Shown: positions 48,664-58,832 of the stretch, in pieces
Layout of the letters: each line of letters begins with the position of its first letter
How positions within the stretch are numbered: position 1 is the stretch's first letter
Assembly (NCBI GenBank): GCA_037441675.1
Contig: JBBIRS010000001.1
Location: 32,001-96,000 of the forward strand
Length of the DNA: 64,000 nucleotides
Source of the DNA: Planctomycetales bacterium
Lineage (GTDB): Bacteria > 4484-113
Direction of reading: 5' to 3'
The notes under the pieces: generated by a model
Told to the model about the DNA's origin: nothing
What the model saw: the letters and a program-made list of their open reading frames with translations, nothing else
Database searches by the model: none
Made by a program: the position numbers and the translations under genes

Positions 48664-49734
48664 TTACCCCTTCAAGAGTAATCCAAGAACAAGTGGATGC
48701 TTTTCATTCTTCTTAAGTTCCCTGATTATTTCACGGGCTCTACCGTCATTTATCCTTATCAACGCCTCAACTGCACGAAAGCGCAATTCCCATATCTCAG
48801 AACGAACATCTTGTTCCAAGATAGAAATAACTTCATTTAGAATTTCCTTTGCGCGTTCAGTTCTTATTGGAATTCCCTTTCTGATTGAAGTAATTCTTTC
48901 ACTTAGCAATGAGCCAATCTCGCCCAGCAAAATCTGCACCTCTCCTTTAAGACGGGAACTTTTCAAATCAGAAAGGCTCTCCCCTTTTAGAGCTTCGTTA
49001 GAAATAAATTCTGATAGGCCTTCCCAAACAGCCTCAGGGTCAGCCTTGAATGCATTTACCAATCCCGCATTTGCGGACATTCTAACGGTAAAGGATTGGT
49101 CTCCTAAAGCACTAAACAATTTTTCAACCCTCTCAAGGGAAGAAAACCTTGATAAGCTTTGCGCTGCTATTAGTCTTTCTCTTTCATCCCCTGACTTTAA
49201 GCTTTGAGATATCTCTTCAATAGCTGGTTGGTAATCTAACGTTCCTAAAGCATCAATTATGGTTCTTTTAATTCTAGAGTTTAATGGAGTTCCAGCTGGT
49301 AGCTTACCTTCTTTAATTGCTGAAAGAATTTTCGGCGCAGAATCAGTTACCTTTAAGCCCCCCAGTAACCTAATAATGTTAAAAAGGGCATATTGGCGAG
49401 TTTCAATTTCTAATGCTCTTAAGAGTGAAGGAACACTTATCTCAGGGATAGCCTGAATAACCACATCAATTGCTCTAGTTTGTAAGCTGTCTATGGTATC
49501 AATCTTCTCTGTAAGGATGAAATCAACTGCCTTCGCGCCAAACTTCGTCAGCTCTTCTCTAGCCTTTGGTACCTTCTCCCTGTTCTCACCAACTTCCCAT
49601 AGAGTCGCTACTTTCCAAAGCTCTTCCATCTTATCTCTCTCGGTATCTGAATATGATGATGCCAGCGATAATTCTGAGAATGCTGAAAAAAGGAGGCAAC
49701 TTAACATCATTACTAGAAAAACAGTTTTTTTCAC
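48664..49734 (-). CDS. Exported HEAT-repeat protein
   Basis: Signal peptide, repeated R..A..ALG/L helical HEAT-like units. Confidence 0.75.
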   Translation of the reverse strand: MKKTVFLVMMLSCLLFSAFSELSLASSYSDTERDKMEELWKVATLWEVGENREKVPKAREELTKFGAKAVDFILTEKIDTIDSLQTRAIDVVIQAIPEISVPSLLRALEIETRQYALFNIIRLLGGLKVTDSAPKILSAIKEGKLPAGTPLNSRIKRTIIDALGTLDYQPAIEEISQSLKSGDERERLIAAQSLSRFSSLERVEKLFSALGDQSFTVRMSANAGLVNAFKADPEAVWEGLSEFISNEALKGESLSDLKSSRLKGEVQILLGEIGSLLSERITSIRKGIPIRTERAKEILNEVISILEQDVRSEIWELRFRAVEALIRINDGRAREIIRELKKNEKHPLVLGLLLKG

Positions 49735-51719
49735 TGCTCTCCCTCCTTATTTTCTGAATTTATGTCCCTGCCAAATCCCCACTTGCCCTGCTTCCACAGG
49801 TTATCGTTGTCAGCCGGGGCACCTTTGTTATATACATCTTTCCCTCCCAAGTCCAAGAAAAGCCCAATACCACCAAATCCCCTCGTCTCATTAGCCATAC
49901 CCTGGTTGTATCCGAGACCCTTTCCCATATAGGCATCATCGCCTTGTTTATCAAGGAGCAGGCCAAAAGAGTTTGTCCAGCCAGACCCCTGACCAACTCC
50001 GTTTGTTATATACCAATCCTCGCCAGAATAATCCACAAGCACACCCACCGCCAAATCATGTGCAGTTCCCTGGCAGGGTCCGTAATGACAAGAATAGCTA
50101 TCCTTGCCAGCTCGATCAATCAATCCTCCCACTGAAAGGTGAATCCCAGCACCTTGCGAGTAATGAACTGAACTGTAAAAGTCATTTCCTTCATCATCTA
50201 CAAGCATGCCTAAGGCATACCAATAACTGCTTCCCTGACCGTAAATCTCAGTCTCGAAAAAGTCGTTACCGCTCCTGTCATAGAGAAGAGCGATGCCACC
50301 GCTACTTGTTCCTCTCCAGCCAAATCCGAATCCTTGCGACAAAGATTGATAAAAATCGCTGTAAAGGGGTTGATGCAGGAATTTCCCCCCAGCGTAGTAC
50401 CTATCATTACCGGCAAAATCAGCTAGCAACCCATATCCCCAGACACTGCCAAAAGCTTGTGAATAAAGTGCAGCGTTATAGCTGTCATTTCCATTCTCAT
50501 CCACGAGAATGCATACTCCAAAAGTGCCCGCACCTTCCGTATGCACATCTCCAGCATAAATGTCATTCCCCCCATGCTCTTGAAAAAATGCATAGCCAAG
50601 AAGCGCACTTCCTAAGCTGTATGAACCTCCTTTATAAATGTCATTTCCCCCGTCATCGTAAAAATAGGCAAGTCCAGCCACTGCGCTTCCAAAAGCAAAG
50701 GAATCATCAGTAATATAAACGTCGTCACCATTACCTAGATCAATTAAGATCTGTGGTTGGTTTATTCCAGAGGCCTGCCTGGCAAGATACTTGTCATTTC
50801 CTCCAAGATCAATGATAACGTCAAAGTTCGCGTAGTAAGAATTGTCACCCGTACCGCCAATAATGATGGAAAGCCCTTTGTCAAACGCGTATCCAAGAAC
50901 GGTTCCAGACACGTTTCTAATGAATTCACCAACGTCTTTTAACTCAAAAGAATCTCCAAGTTCCATAGCTTGGATGGCAAGATATTCTGTTCGCCGAGCA
51001 AAATCAAAGGCAACACCCATAAAGTCCTGCCGTGAAATACGATTTACAATACTAAGAATCTCTTCTGCCTCTAACTTTCCAGGGACATTTTCCAGCGGAT
51101 AAGGTTCATCTCCCAAGCCCATTGTTAGCACGAATTTCCCTAACTCAAGACCATAACCAAGCTCATCATAATGTTCTTCCTCAATCCAGACGTACGGGAG
51201 GCTGTACAAAAGTGAACGAAAATCAAAGTCCGAAATGCCTGCCTTTGTCCTAATATCTTTAAGCCTCAAGCGAAACTCATCTATAAGTACTTTGGCACTC
51301 TCAGCAAGCTCTCTAGGGTTGTTGATTTTCTTTTTCTCTTGTTCAAGGCTCTTTGGCGGTTCAAGGTCCAAGGGTTCTGCAGTTAATTCTAAAAGCTTGG
51401 GAAGATTTGGCCCACATTCTCTAACCTCCATCGCTCGTGAGTGAATGTAATTTAGGGTTTCGAGGGGATAGTCCAAAAGCCTGTTGACAACGCTAAGTCT
51501 ATTTCCATCATCCGCCCACTTCTTCTCAAAGGAAAGGTCTGTGAATGTTAAATTCCCTGTTGCCAACATCTCCTCAATCAATGAGAATTCAGTTTCACCA
51601 ATTGGAGGTGGAATTAGCTGTTCTTGTGTGTCATTCATTTCTCCTGCTTCTGCTATCAAATTTATAGAAGGTATTGTGAGAACGAAGAATAAAATTAGTA
51701 GCTTATAAGTAACTTGCAT
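49731..51719 (-). CDS. Exported protein with about 12 Gly-rich (L/I)xD.xG(N/D)DxY repeats
   Basis: Signal peptide; DLGGNDKY, DDGGNDIY, DENGNDSY, DFAGNDRY, DRSGNDFF, DDEGNDFY, DRAGKDSY, DKQGDDAY, DLGGKDVY. Confidence 0.8.
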   Translation of the reverse strand: MQVTYKLLILFFVLTIPSINLIAEAGEMNDTQEQLIPPPIGETEFSLIEEMLATGNLTFTDLSFEKKWADDGNRLSVVNRLLDYPLETLNYIHSRAMEVRECGPNLPKLLELTAEPLDLEPPKSLEQEKKKINNPRELAESAKVLIDEFRLRLKDIRTKAGISDFDFRSLLYSLPYVWIEEEHYDELGYGLELGKFVLTMGLGDEPYPLENVPGKLEAEEILSIVNRISRQDFMGVAFDFARRTEYLAIQAMELGDSFELKDVGEFIRNVSGTVLGYAFDKGLSIIIGGTGDNSYYANFDVIIDLGGNDKYLARQASGINQPQILIDLGNGDDVYITDDSFAFGSAVAGLAYFYDDGGNDIYKGGSYSLGSALLGYAFFQEHGGNDIYAGDVHTEGAGTFGVCILVDENGNDSYNAALYSQAFGSVWGYGLLADFAGNDRYYAGGKFLHQPLYSDFYQSLSQGFGFGWRGTSSGGIALLYDRSGNDFFETEIYGQGSSYWYALGMLVDDEGNDFYSSVHYSQGAGIHLSVGGLIDRAGKDSYSCHYGPCQGTAHDLAVGVLVDYSGEDWYITNGVGQGSGWTNSFGLLLDKQGDDAYMGKGLGYNQGMANETRGFGGIGLFLDLGGKDVYNKGAPADNDNLWKQGKWGFGRDINSENKEGEQ

Positions 51720-51727
51720 AGAGGTGA

Positions 51728-52834
51728 TTATAAATCAATATTGCTAGTGCGCGAAATACCGGAAGTATTTTTCTCATTTATCAAGTACTTTTCCCTTTTG
51801 AAGTAAACAACATTAAGAATTATCTTAAGAGCTGCAGAGAATGGTAAAGCGACAAGTACGCCCATAAAGCCCCAAACCTGAGCGCCGATCATCATAGCAA
51901 TAAGCACAGTAGCCGGGTGCAAGTCTATTTCCTTGCCCATAATTCTCGGAACTAGCACTTGGCTTTCAAGCACGTGTAAAAGGATATAAAAAACCAAAAC
52001 GAGAATAACAGTCTGAATCGACACCGTTGAAGCAATAATCAACGCAGGTATAAACGAGAGGATAGGACCAATAACTGGTATCAACTCCGCTAATGCACCA
52101 ATTAGCCCAAGGAGAAATGCGTATGGCACTTTAAGTATCAAAAGTCCAATCGTTATCAAGAACCCCATCACTATTGATAATGCCAACTGCCCCCGAACGT
52201 ACCTTCCCATCATGCTATTTATGAGCTCAAGGCTTGCTTCATACTTTTCCGTGTGTCTTTGGGGTAGAAGCGATTTGAACGACTCCTTGAACTTTTGGAC
52301 ATCAATTAGAAAGTAGTATGCAAGCAGGGGAACAAGCAGAATTCCAAGAATAAAAGTTGAAAATCCCTTAAAGGTTTGCATTACAAAAGCGTAGGCTTTC
52401 CCGGTTGTCTGGGGTAAATTCCGCTGAAGAGTCTCTTGAAGGTTTCTGGCTATTGTAATTGCGTAAGCTTCAATTTCAATAGGTGCGGTTCCAGGGAAGC
52501 GTTTCTCAATCCACTTATTAACCTTGTACTCCAACTTGTCCGCTATTTCTGGAATGTCTTTAACGAGTTTATATGCTTCTATGTAAACTCTCTCTCCAAT
52601 GGCAAAGGATATGGCAGACACGAGAAGTAGAAGAAGAATAAAGATAATGAGAAATGCTAATGATGCAGGTAACTTTAATTTCTTACGTAAGGATTTAACT
52701 GGGGAAGCCAATACATAGGCAAGAAGGACTGCGAGAACTATGTAAACGAAGACAATTCTAGCGTAGTATATAACTAGGAGAAAAAGTAGAACCGCAACAA
52801 CAATAATAGTCTTCTTGAAAAAATCCCACAACAC
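51728..52834 (-). CDS. AI-2E (PerM/UPF0118) family transporter
   Basis: Multi-TM; YVRGQ, IPVIGP, PRIMG...LHP, GFMGVLVALP. Confidence 0.9.
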   Translation of the reverse strand: MLWDFFKKTIIVVAVLLFLLVIYYARIVFVYIVLAVLLAYVLASPVKSLRKKLKLPASLAFLIIFILLLLLVSAISFAIGERVYIEAYKLVKDIPEIADKLEYKVNKWIEKRFPGTAPIEIEAYAITIARNLQETLQRNLPQTTGKAYAFVMQTFKGFSTFILGILLVPLLAYYFLIDVQKFKESFKSLLPQRHTEKYEASLELINSMMGRYVRGQLALSIVMGFLITIGLLILKVPYAFLLGLIGALAELIPVIGPILSFIPALIIASTVSIQTVILVLVFYILLHVLESQVLVPRIMGKEIDLHPATVLIAMMIGAQVWGFMGVLVALPFSAALKIILNVVYFKREKYLINEKNTSGISRTSNIDL

Positions 52835-52874
52835 CGTGATACCCTAGGGGTAAGTATATCATTAGAAAGACAAC

Positions 52875-53831
52875 TTACGGCAGACTAACCTTCAATTCTT
52901 CATATCCTTCAACAAGCTCCCTCACAATTTCTGCAACACTCTTAATGTCTCTCGCTAACCCACAGATTTGCCCTATTTCAATTTCCCCATTTTCAGTATC
53001 TCCTAAATCAGCCGCAAGTTCCATCGGATCTTTACCGCTGGACAATGCTCTAATTTCTTCTCTGGTTGCGCATCTATCCTCCAGTTCCTTCACTCTGCGC
53101 CCATAGGCGTTCAGCATCATCCTAGTAGGATTGTATCTACGTTTTAGAAGCATTGTTGAGGTATCGTTAGCCTCAACTATTGCGCTCTTATAATTAGGGT
53201 GGAGGTGGCTTTCAAGGCTAGCGGCAAAGCGAGTGCCGATTTGAACCCCCATCGCGTCCAGAGAAAAGGCTGCTAAAATCCCACGAGAATCCGCTATACC
53301 TCCAGCAGCAATCACTGGAATATCAACCGCATCAACAACCTGCGGAACTAAGCACATAGTCGTAATTTCATCAAAGCCGTTATGCCCTCCAGCTTCAAAG
53401 CCTTCTGCGACAACCGCGTCCATCTTGAGCTCCTCGCATTTCTTCGCCATCTTCACATTCGCGATAACGTGCGCCCATCGAATCTTTCGTCCCAGCATTT
53501 GCTCGTAATCGCGAATTTTAGGTTCAATCTTTGCAGGGTTTCCAGCTGAAGTGAAGAATATGTCTATGCCCTCCTCCTGCGCGATGTGGAGGCATTCTTC
53601 CGCGTCTTCCCTCAACAGCGGAATATTTACTCCAAATCGTCCTTTAGCATTTTCCTTCGTTTTCCTTATTTCATTTTTGAAAGTATCAGGGCTCATTGCG
53701 CCTGCGGACACTAGCCCAAGAATTCCAGCGTTTGCAGCTGCGGTTGCCAACCCAGAGAATCCTGTCCTCGTCATCCCCGCCTGAATAATGGGGTATTTGA
53801 TGCCGAAAAGGTTGCACAATTCCGTTTGCAT
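52875..53831 (-). CDS. Nitronate monooxygenase/FabK-like flavin oxidoreductase
   Basis: YPIIQAGM, EGFEAGGH, IAAGGIAD, GVQIGTRF, GQICG. Confidence 0.88.
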   Translation of the reverse strand: MQTELCNLFGIKYPIIQAGMTRTGFSGLATAAANAGILGLVSAGAMSPDTFKNEIRKTKENAKGRFGVNIPLLREDAEECLHIAQEEGIDIFFTSAGNPAKIEPKIRDYEQMLGRKIRWAHVIANVKMAKKCEELKMDAVVAEGFEAGGHNGFDEITTMCLVPQVVDAVDIPVIAAGGIADSRGILAAFSLDAMGVQIGTRFAASLESHLHPNYKSAIVEANDTSTMLLKRRYNPTRMMLNAYGRRVKELEDRCATREEIRALSSGKDPMELAADLGDTENGEIEIGQICGLARDIKSVAEIVRELVEGYEELKVSLP

Positions 53832-53933
53832 GAGCTTGCATTATACATATAAATTTAAGATACTCCTAAACTAGTTGAAGGTGGGATTTCACGAAATTGG
53901 AATAGCATCTATAGTTGCTATAATCAGTTACTA

Positions 53934-54599
53934 GTGAATGCGAACCTAACCCTGGCGGTTCTCATCTCCGGTGGTGGCACCACACTCAAGAGTCTCATTG
54001 AAAAGATAGCAGAGGGGAAATTAAAGGCGAAGATAAAAGCAGTCATTTCATCCCGTCCCGATGCGCGTGGGCTTACGTTTGCCAGGGAGGTGGGTATCCC
54101 TACCTTTGTTGTAAACCGCAAGGAGTTCAAGTCCACGAAAGATTTCTCGGAAAAGATTACGGCAATTCTCCGCGAGATTAATCCCGACTTAATAGTCTTC
54201 GGAGGATTTCTCTGCTTCTATCAGTTCCCACCAGAATTTAGCGGACGTATCATTAACATCCATCCCGCGCTACTGCCCTCTTTTGGCGGTAAAGGAATGT
54301 ATGGCGACCATGTTCATGAGGCAGTTCTAAAAAGTGGCGCGAAAGTCTCTGGTTGCACTGTTCACTTTGTGGACGAAATTTACGACCATGGTCCAATCAT
54401 TGCCCAGCGCGTGGTGCCGGTTTTGCCAGATGATACGGTTGAATCGCTTAGGGAACGTGTTCAATCTACTGAGCGCGAGCTTTATCCGGAGGTGATCAAC
54501 TGGTTTGCCGAGGGACGTATTAGCCTGACCCAAGAGGGAAAAGTTCTTGTAAAATCTCTAGATATTAGGCTATTTAATAAAGAGCTTGAGCCAAAGTAA
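53934..54599 (+). CDS. purN: Phosphoribosylglycinamide formyltransferase
   Basis: LISGGGT, INIHPALLP, GCTVHFVD..YD.GPII. Confidence 0.96.
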   Translation: MNANLTLAVLISGGGTTLKSLIEKIAEGKLKAKIKAVISSRPDARGLTFAREVGIPTFVVNRKEFKSTKDFSEKITAILREINPDLIVFGGFLCFYQFPPEFSGRIINIHPALLPSFGGKGMYGDHVHEAVLKSGAKVSGCTVHFVDEIYDHGPIIAQRVVPVLPDDTVESLRERVQSTERELYPEVINWFAEGRISLTQEGKVLVKSLDIRLFNKELEPK

Positions 54600-55387
54600 T
54601 GATATTTAATGAGAAAGCAATAAATAGCATCGCTGAGCACCTAAATAAAGCTCGCGCCGTAGTAGTTCTGACCGGTGCTGGGGTCTCAGCTGAAAGCGGT
54701 GTTCCCACCTTCCGTGGAGCTGGTGGTTTTTGGAAAGACGAGGAAGAAGTTATGAGGCTAGCAACTCTTCAGGGGTTCCTCAATGACCCGAAGGCAGTCT
54801 GGGAATGGTATGACATGCGCAGATGTATGGCAAAAAGTGTTGAACCTAATTCCGGGCATTTCGCATTGGCAGAACTTGAAGAACTAATATCTAAAGCTGG
54901 CAAGAGGTTCGCTCTTATCACCCAAAATATAGATGGTCTTCACGAGCGTGCGGGTTCAAAAAACATAATTGAGCTTCATGGCAATCTCTGGTATGCAAGA
55001 TGTCTTAAAGAATGTTGTTCTGATCTTTTTCCCCTTTTAGATGCTCCTCTTCCTAATTATCCTCCAGCCTGTCCTAAGTGTGGGGGAATACTTCGCCCTC
55101 ACGTTGTTTGGTTCGGAGAGCTACTCAATCCCCTCGTTCTTGAAAACGCAACTAGAATAGCTATGACTGCGGATATAATGCTAGTTGTGGGTACATCAGC
55201 GCAGATTTATCCCGCAGCAGGATTACCCTGCACCGCTCGTCAAAGTGGTGCCACTATTGTTGAGATAAACATAGAAAGCACTGAACTAACTCCCATCGTT
55301 CAGTACTCTATCTTAGGTAAAAGCGGAGAAGTTCTACCCCGAATTGTGAAAGCTTTTAGAGAATTCCTCCAAGGACGTGGCGATTAA
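54599..55387 (+). CDS. cobB: NAD-dependent protein deacylase (class III sirtuin)
   Basis: GAGVSAESGVPTFRG, WYDMRR, TQNIDGLH, HG, Zn Cys pairs, RPHVVWFGE, VGTS. Confidence 0.93.
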   Translation: MIFNEKAINSIAEHLNKARAVVVLTGAGVSAESGVPTFRGAGGFWKDEEEVMRLATLQGFLNDPKAVWEWYDMRRCMAKSVEPNSGHFALAELEELISKAGKRFALITQNIDGLHERAGSKNIIELHGNLWYARCLKECCSDLFPLLDAPLPNYPPACPKCGGILRPHVVWFGELLNPLVLENATRIAMTADIMLVVGTSAQIYPAAGLPCTARQSGATIVEINIESTELTPIVQYSILGKSGEVLPRIVKAFREFLQGRGD

Positions 55388-57065
55388 ACGGCTAAAAAGG
55401 ATGAGGAACCACCCATCCATCTGGGATATATGCACTTTGCATTTATTAATGCCCCTTCTCATTTTGTCACTCTTGAACTTCATTTCTTGTGATTACACTT
55501 CCGAGATAAAGCAAAATGAGATCGATGGAAAAGGAATTGACAAGGGCGAAGAATCTAAGGCAATTACTCAAGCACCTGCAGAATTCTCAAGCTTAGCGTT
55601 CTTAGATAGCTCACTCTCCATAATTGAAACTGCTAGGCTTTCCACTTATTCTGGTCAGGTTTTCAAACGTGCGAAGTTCTACAAAGGAGACGATTCTGCT
55701 TTACTGCTTATCTCCCCCTTTGCCTTTGGTGAAAGTGTAATCACTGAAGGTAGACTTATCGCTGTAACCTTAAAAGAACCTTTTGATACGTATGAGTTAA
55801 AAGATAAGCGAAGGGTAATTGAGCTAACAGTTGGCGATAGTCCATCAGAGGTTTATTTCAACGTCATTGAGGCTAGGGATAAACAAGGTTCAATAAAAGA
55901 TTCAGCCGGTGATTCATCTAAGAGTGTTTCTCCAAATAACAAAACTGAAGACGCAACACAATCCAGCTCTCAAAATGCCCAATTGATAAGCGGTGGAAAA
56001 GCTGTTAATGCTCAGGATGGCAGTGAAAAGACCGAATCGAAGGCTTCCAATGCAGAAGCTAAGTATGAAACCCATCTTTATCAATTGGATGAGGAAGGGA
56101 AGGTAAAGAAACTACCAGTCTTTAACTCTCTTGTAATTCAATCCTACAAGAGTGGTTTACTCTTACTTAGGCATTTCAATGGCTTGCAGTTAACCGGTGA
56201 TGGCTATCAGGAGCGTTCGCCAATCAGCTACTCCTTGACAAGCTCAAATGATGGCAAAGTCTTAGCTTCTTTTGATTATGAACCGATACTATCCCCATCC
56301 CAGAAGAAATCCTTGCGGGTAATTAGGAAATATAATATTAGCGATTACTCGGCTTCAGAGTTTTCGGTTTACATAAATGATATTCAAACCAACAAGAAAG
56401 TAGAAGGTTCTGCCAAGAAATCTCATCAGGAAACAGAGCTCTACACAACTAGCTATTACCTTACTATGGAGGAGGACAGGTGGCTTCCTCAAGTTCTTTT
56501 TATTAATGATAAATCTCTTCTAATAACCACATTTACCCCAGAAGATGCTTCCCGTAAGGGTAAGGAACAAGCTGATGAACCCTATATGAAATCGCTTTCT
56601 CTGTTATCGGGGAAGCTCAATTTAGAAAAGCTAGATATAGCCACGAAGAAAAAAGTCCCAATTCTTAAAGACATAAGTCCATACTTAAACGTTAACTATT
56701 CACCGGGTGAACCTGTCTTTCTAGTCACTTACTTTACGAAGGAAAGTGGAGACAAAGTCTTCAAGGTAGAAGTAGTCACCATTGACGGTCGGAAATCGCG
56801 AACCATCTACAGTGTAAAAGGACCCTCTTCGCTCTCCATTGAGGATGTTGACTACGCTTCAGGTTCACTCTTGATTTTGCAGAGCTTTTCTAGAGGTGAC
56901 GAAAGGTATTCAGAGGTTATTTGCTTAAAACTCTCCAAAGAATCAAGAAGCAAAAACAAAAAGGATGAACCTTTCGAGAAACCCAAACGAAAACGTGAAG
57001 AAGCTTATCCACCTGGCTTTGACGAATCCCAAGCGGAACCCCCTCCAATAAACATACCCACATAG
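55377..57065 (+). CDS. Hypothetical probable lipoprotein
   Basis: 562-aa ORF, hydrophobic segment ending FISC, beta-rich body; start uncertain. Confidence 0.65.
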   Translation: MAIKRLKRMRNHPSIWDICTLHLLMPLLILSLLNFISCDYTSEIKQNEIDGKGIDKGEESKAITQAPAEFSSLAFLDSSLSIIETARLSTYSGQVFKRAKFYKGDDSALLLISPFAFGESVITEGRLIAVTLKEPFDTYELKDKRRVIELTVGDSPSEVYFNVIEARDKQGSIKDSAGDSSKSVSPNNKTEDATQSSSQNAQLISGGKAVNAQDGSEKTESKASNAEAKYETHLYQLDEEGKVKKLPVFNSLVIQSYKSGLLLLRHFNGLQLTGDGYQERSPISYSLTSSNDGKVLASFDYEPILSPSQKKSLRVIRKYNISDYSASEFSVYINDIQTNKKVEGSAKKSHQETELYTTSYYLTMEEDRWLPQVLFINDKSLLITTFTPEDASRKGKEQADEPYMKSLSLLSGKLNLEKLDIATKKKVPILKDISPYLNVNYSPGEPVFLVTYFTKESGDKVFKVEVVTIDGRKSRTIYSVKGPSSLSIEDVDYASGSLLILQSFSRGDERYSEVICLKLSKESRSKNKKDEPFEKPKRKREEAYPPGFDESQAEPPPINIPT

Positions 57066-57180
57066 CATAACGACCGCTGACAAATCATTTTTCTTTCCTA
57101 GCCCAATTCCAATTTCAAATCTCTTAATAGAAAGCTTGCCTAAGGAGGTTGCCTAATACCTGCAAGTCCATTTTCAAAAG

Positions 57181-57930
57181 TTATTTGTTAAATAATGAAG
57201 CTAATTTTTTTCTTAGATTAAAGCCCTTTATTCTTGACGATAAAACCTCCGTATAAGAAATCTGCGCTTCAGAAGTAATGCTTCTGTTAATTTCAGACTC
57301 TAGCGAACGAAGAATATCAAGTTTAGCCTCGGCTTCATCACCTAGGAGATTAAGGGTAGAGCGAAGAGATCTAGCCTTCTCCTCCAGTTTCAATCTCTCA
57401 GCGTCTTTTTGAGCAAGCTGGTGCTGAATATTCAGAAAATCAGAAAGGTCAATCCCGAAAAAGAAGTTCCGAGTACCAAATGGAATCACAAACTGCTGCG
57501 ACAAACCGCGAAGCCTCTCCGATACCTCTAACAGCTCTCTTTTAACTTCAAAGCTCGTTTCTAATATTGAAGTTACTTCCTCAAAATGTCTTAAAGATGA
57601 CTTGAGAAGATCAAGGGAATTTGGGAAAAAGATAATTTGAATTCCATTAGTCTTTGTGCGGAAAACTGTTACCTCGTAATTCATTGCAGAAATTCCATCG
57701 TGAATGCTTTTCTCCTCCTTAATGTCCTGGAATTGCTCTAAAACAATCTTCAGCTGGCGTGATAGAGCGTCTATATTTTCTGAAAGCTGTTCCGTCGCCT
57801 TTTGCAAGGCATCAAGCTCGGCATCTTTATTCCTCTTAAACTTCTCGTAATCAAGAGTTGCGCTTATAGCACCATAAGTAATTACAATTAACCAAGGAAG
57901 AGCATAAACTAGAACAAAGCTTGCACGCAT
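57181..57930 (-). CDS. Hypothetical membrane-anchored coiled-coil protein
   Basis: N-terminal TM followed by heptad-rich helical sequence. Confidence 0.65.
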   Translation of the reverse strand: MRASFVLVYALPWLIVITYGAISATLDYEKFKRNKDAELDALQKATEQLSENIDALSRQLKIVLEQFQDIKEEKSIHDGISAMNYEVTVFRTKTNGIQIIFFPNSLDLLKSSLRHFEEVTSILETSFEVKRELLEVSERLRGLSQQFVIPFGTRNFFFGIDLSDFLNIQHQLAQKDAERLKLEEKARSLRSTLNLLGDEAEAKLDILRSLESEINRSITSEAQISYTEVLSSRIKGFNLRKKLASLFNK

Positions 57931-58061
57931 TATTTTGCCCTTACTATCTTAATACCTTATACCTTGATTCATTCTAACCTATGGGATGCTTGTTACTCAA
58001 ATATGGAAAGTTGTTCTTTCCATAGTTCCTCGTTCTAGATGATATACTTTTCTCTTATTCT

Positions 58062-58832
58062 ATGCGTCTGATAAATTTTGCAAGTGGGAGCCGTGGCAAT
58101 TGCACTCTTCTTTCTAGTGGCGACCAAATCCTTATTATTGATTGTGGTATATCTTTGCGGAGTTTGCTTTCTGGGCTTAAGGAGGTGGGCATTTCAGTTT
58201 CAGACATTGATCTTGTCTTGATTACTCATCTTCATAATGACCATTTCAAAGGATTTGCAAAATGGTATAGTCATTTACCACTAGCCTTCGCGATTCCCCT
58301 TTCAGTTATTGGTCAGGTTGCGGGTACTTTGGGTGGGAAGCTAAATCCCAGGAGAATTGTTACTTTTGCACCCTACAATACACTTAGGCTTGGCGATATG
58401 TCAATCACCCTCTTCCCACTTCCCCATGACGCAGCCGAAACAGTTGGCGTCAATGTTAGCATCAACGATAAGAGCATTTCTTACTTAACTGACCTAGGTT
58501 CCTTCAATGATGATTTGCTTCAATTCTTGGAAAATCAGGACGCAATCTTCTTGGAGGCTAACCATGAAGTTGAACTAGTTAAAAATTCTCGCTACCCTGA
58601 AAGCGTCAAGCGGAGGATACTTAGTCCAAATGGGCATTTAAGCAACAAACAAGCGATTTCCCTTGTTTCAAGCCTTAAATATCCACCCGAGATGCTTATC
58701 TTTGGGCATTTGAGCGAAAATAACAATTCTCCAAGTTTAGTAATGGAAAGAGTTGGCAATTCTACTATGTCTCATAGTATTTCAGTCATAGATTTTGCAT
58801 TTCAAGGAAAGACTACGCAATTCAAATTTTAA
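58062..58832 (+). CDS. Metallo-beta-lactamase-fold hydrolase (YycJ/WalJ-like)
   Basis: SGSRGN, DCG, THLHNDH, HDA, TDLG, EANH, GHLSN, HLSENNN. Confidence 0.9.
   Translation: MRLINFASGSRGNCTLLSSGDQILIIDCGISLRSLLSGLKEVGISVSDIDLVLITHLHNDHFKGFAKWYSHLPLAFAIPLSVIGQVAGTLGGKLNPRRIVTFAPYNTLRLGDMSITLFPLPHDAAETVGVNVSINDKSISYLTDLGSFNDDLLQFLENQDAIFLEANHEVELVKNSRYPESVKRRILSPNGHLSNKQAISLVSSLKYPPEMLIFGHLSENNNSPSLVMERVGNSTMSHSISVIDFAFQGKTTQFKF

Noticed and set aside
49973..50713. 246-aa plus-strand ORF
   Set aside because: Antisense shadow of the Gly/Asp-repeat gene; His/Arg/Gln-biased sequence with no motif
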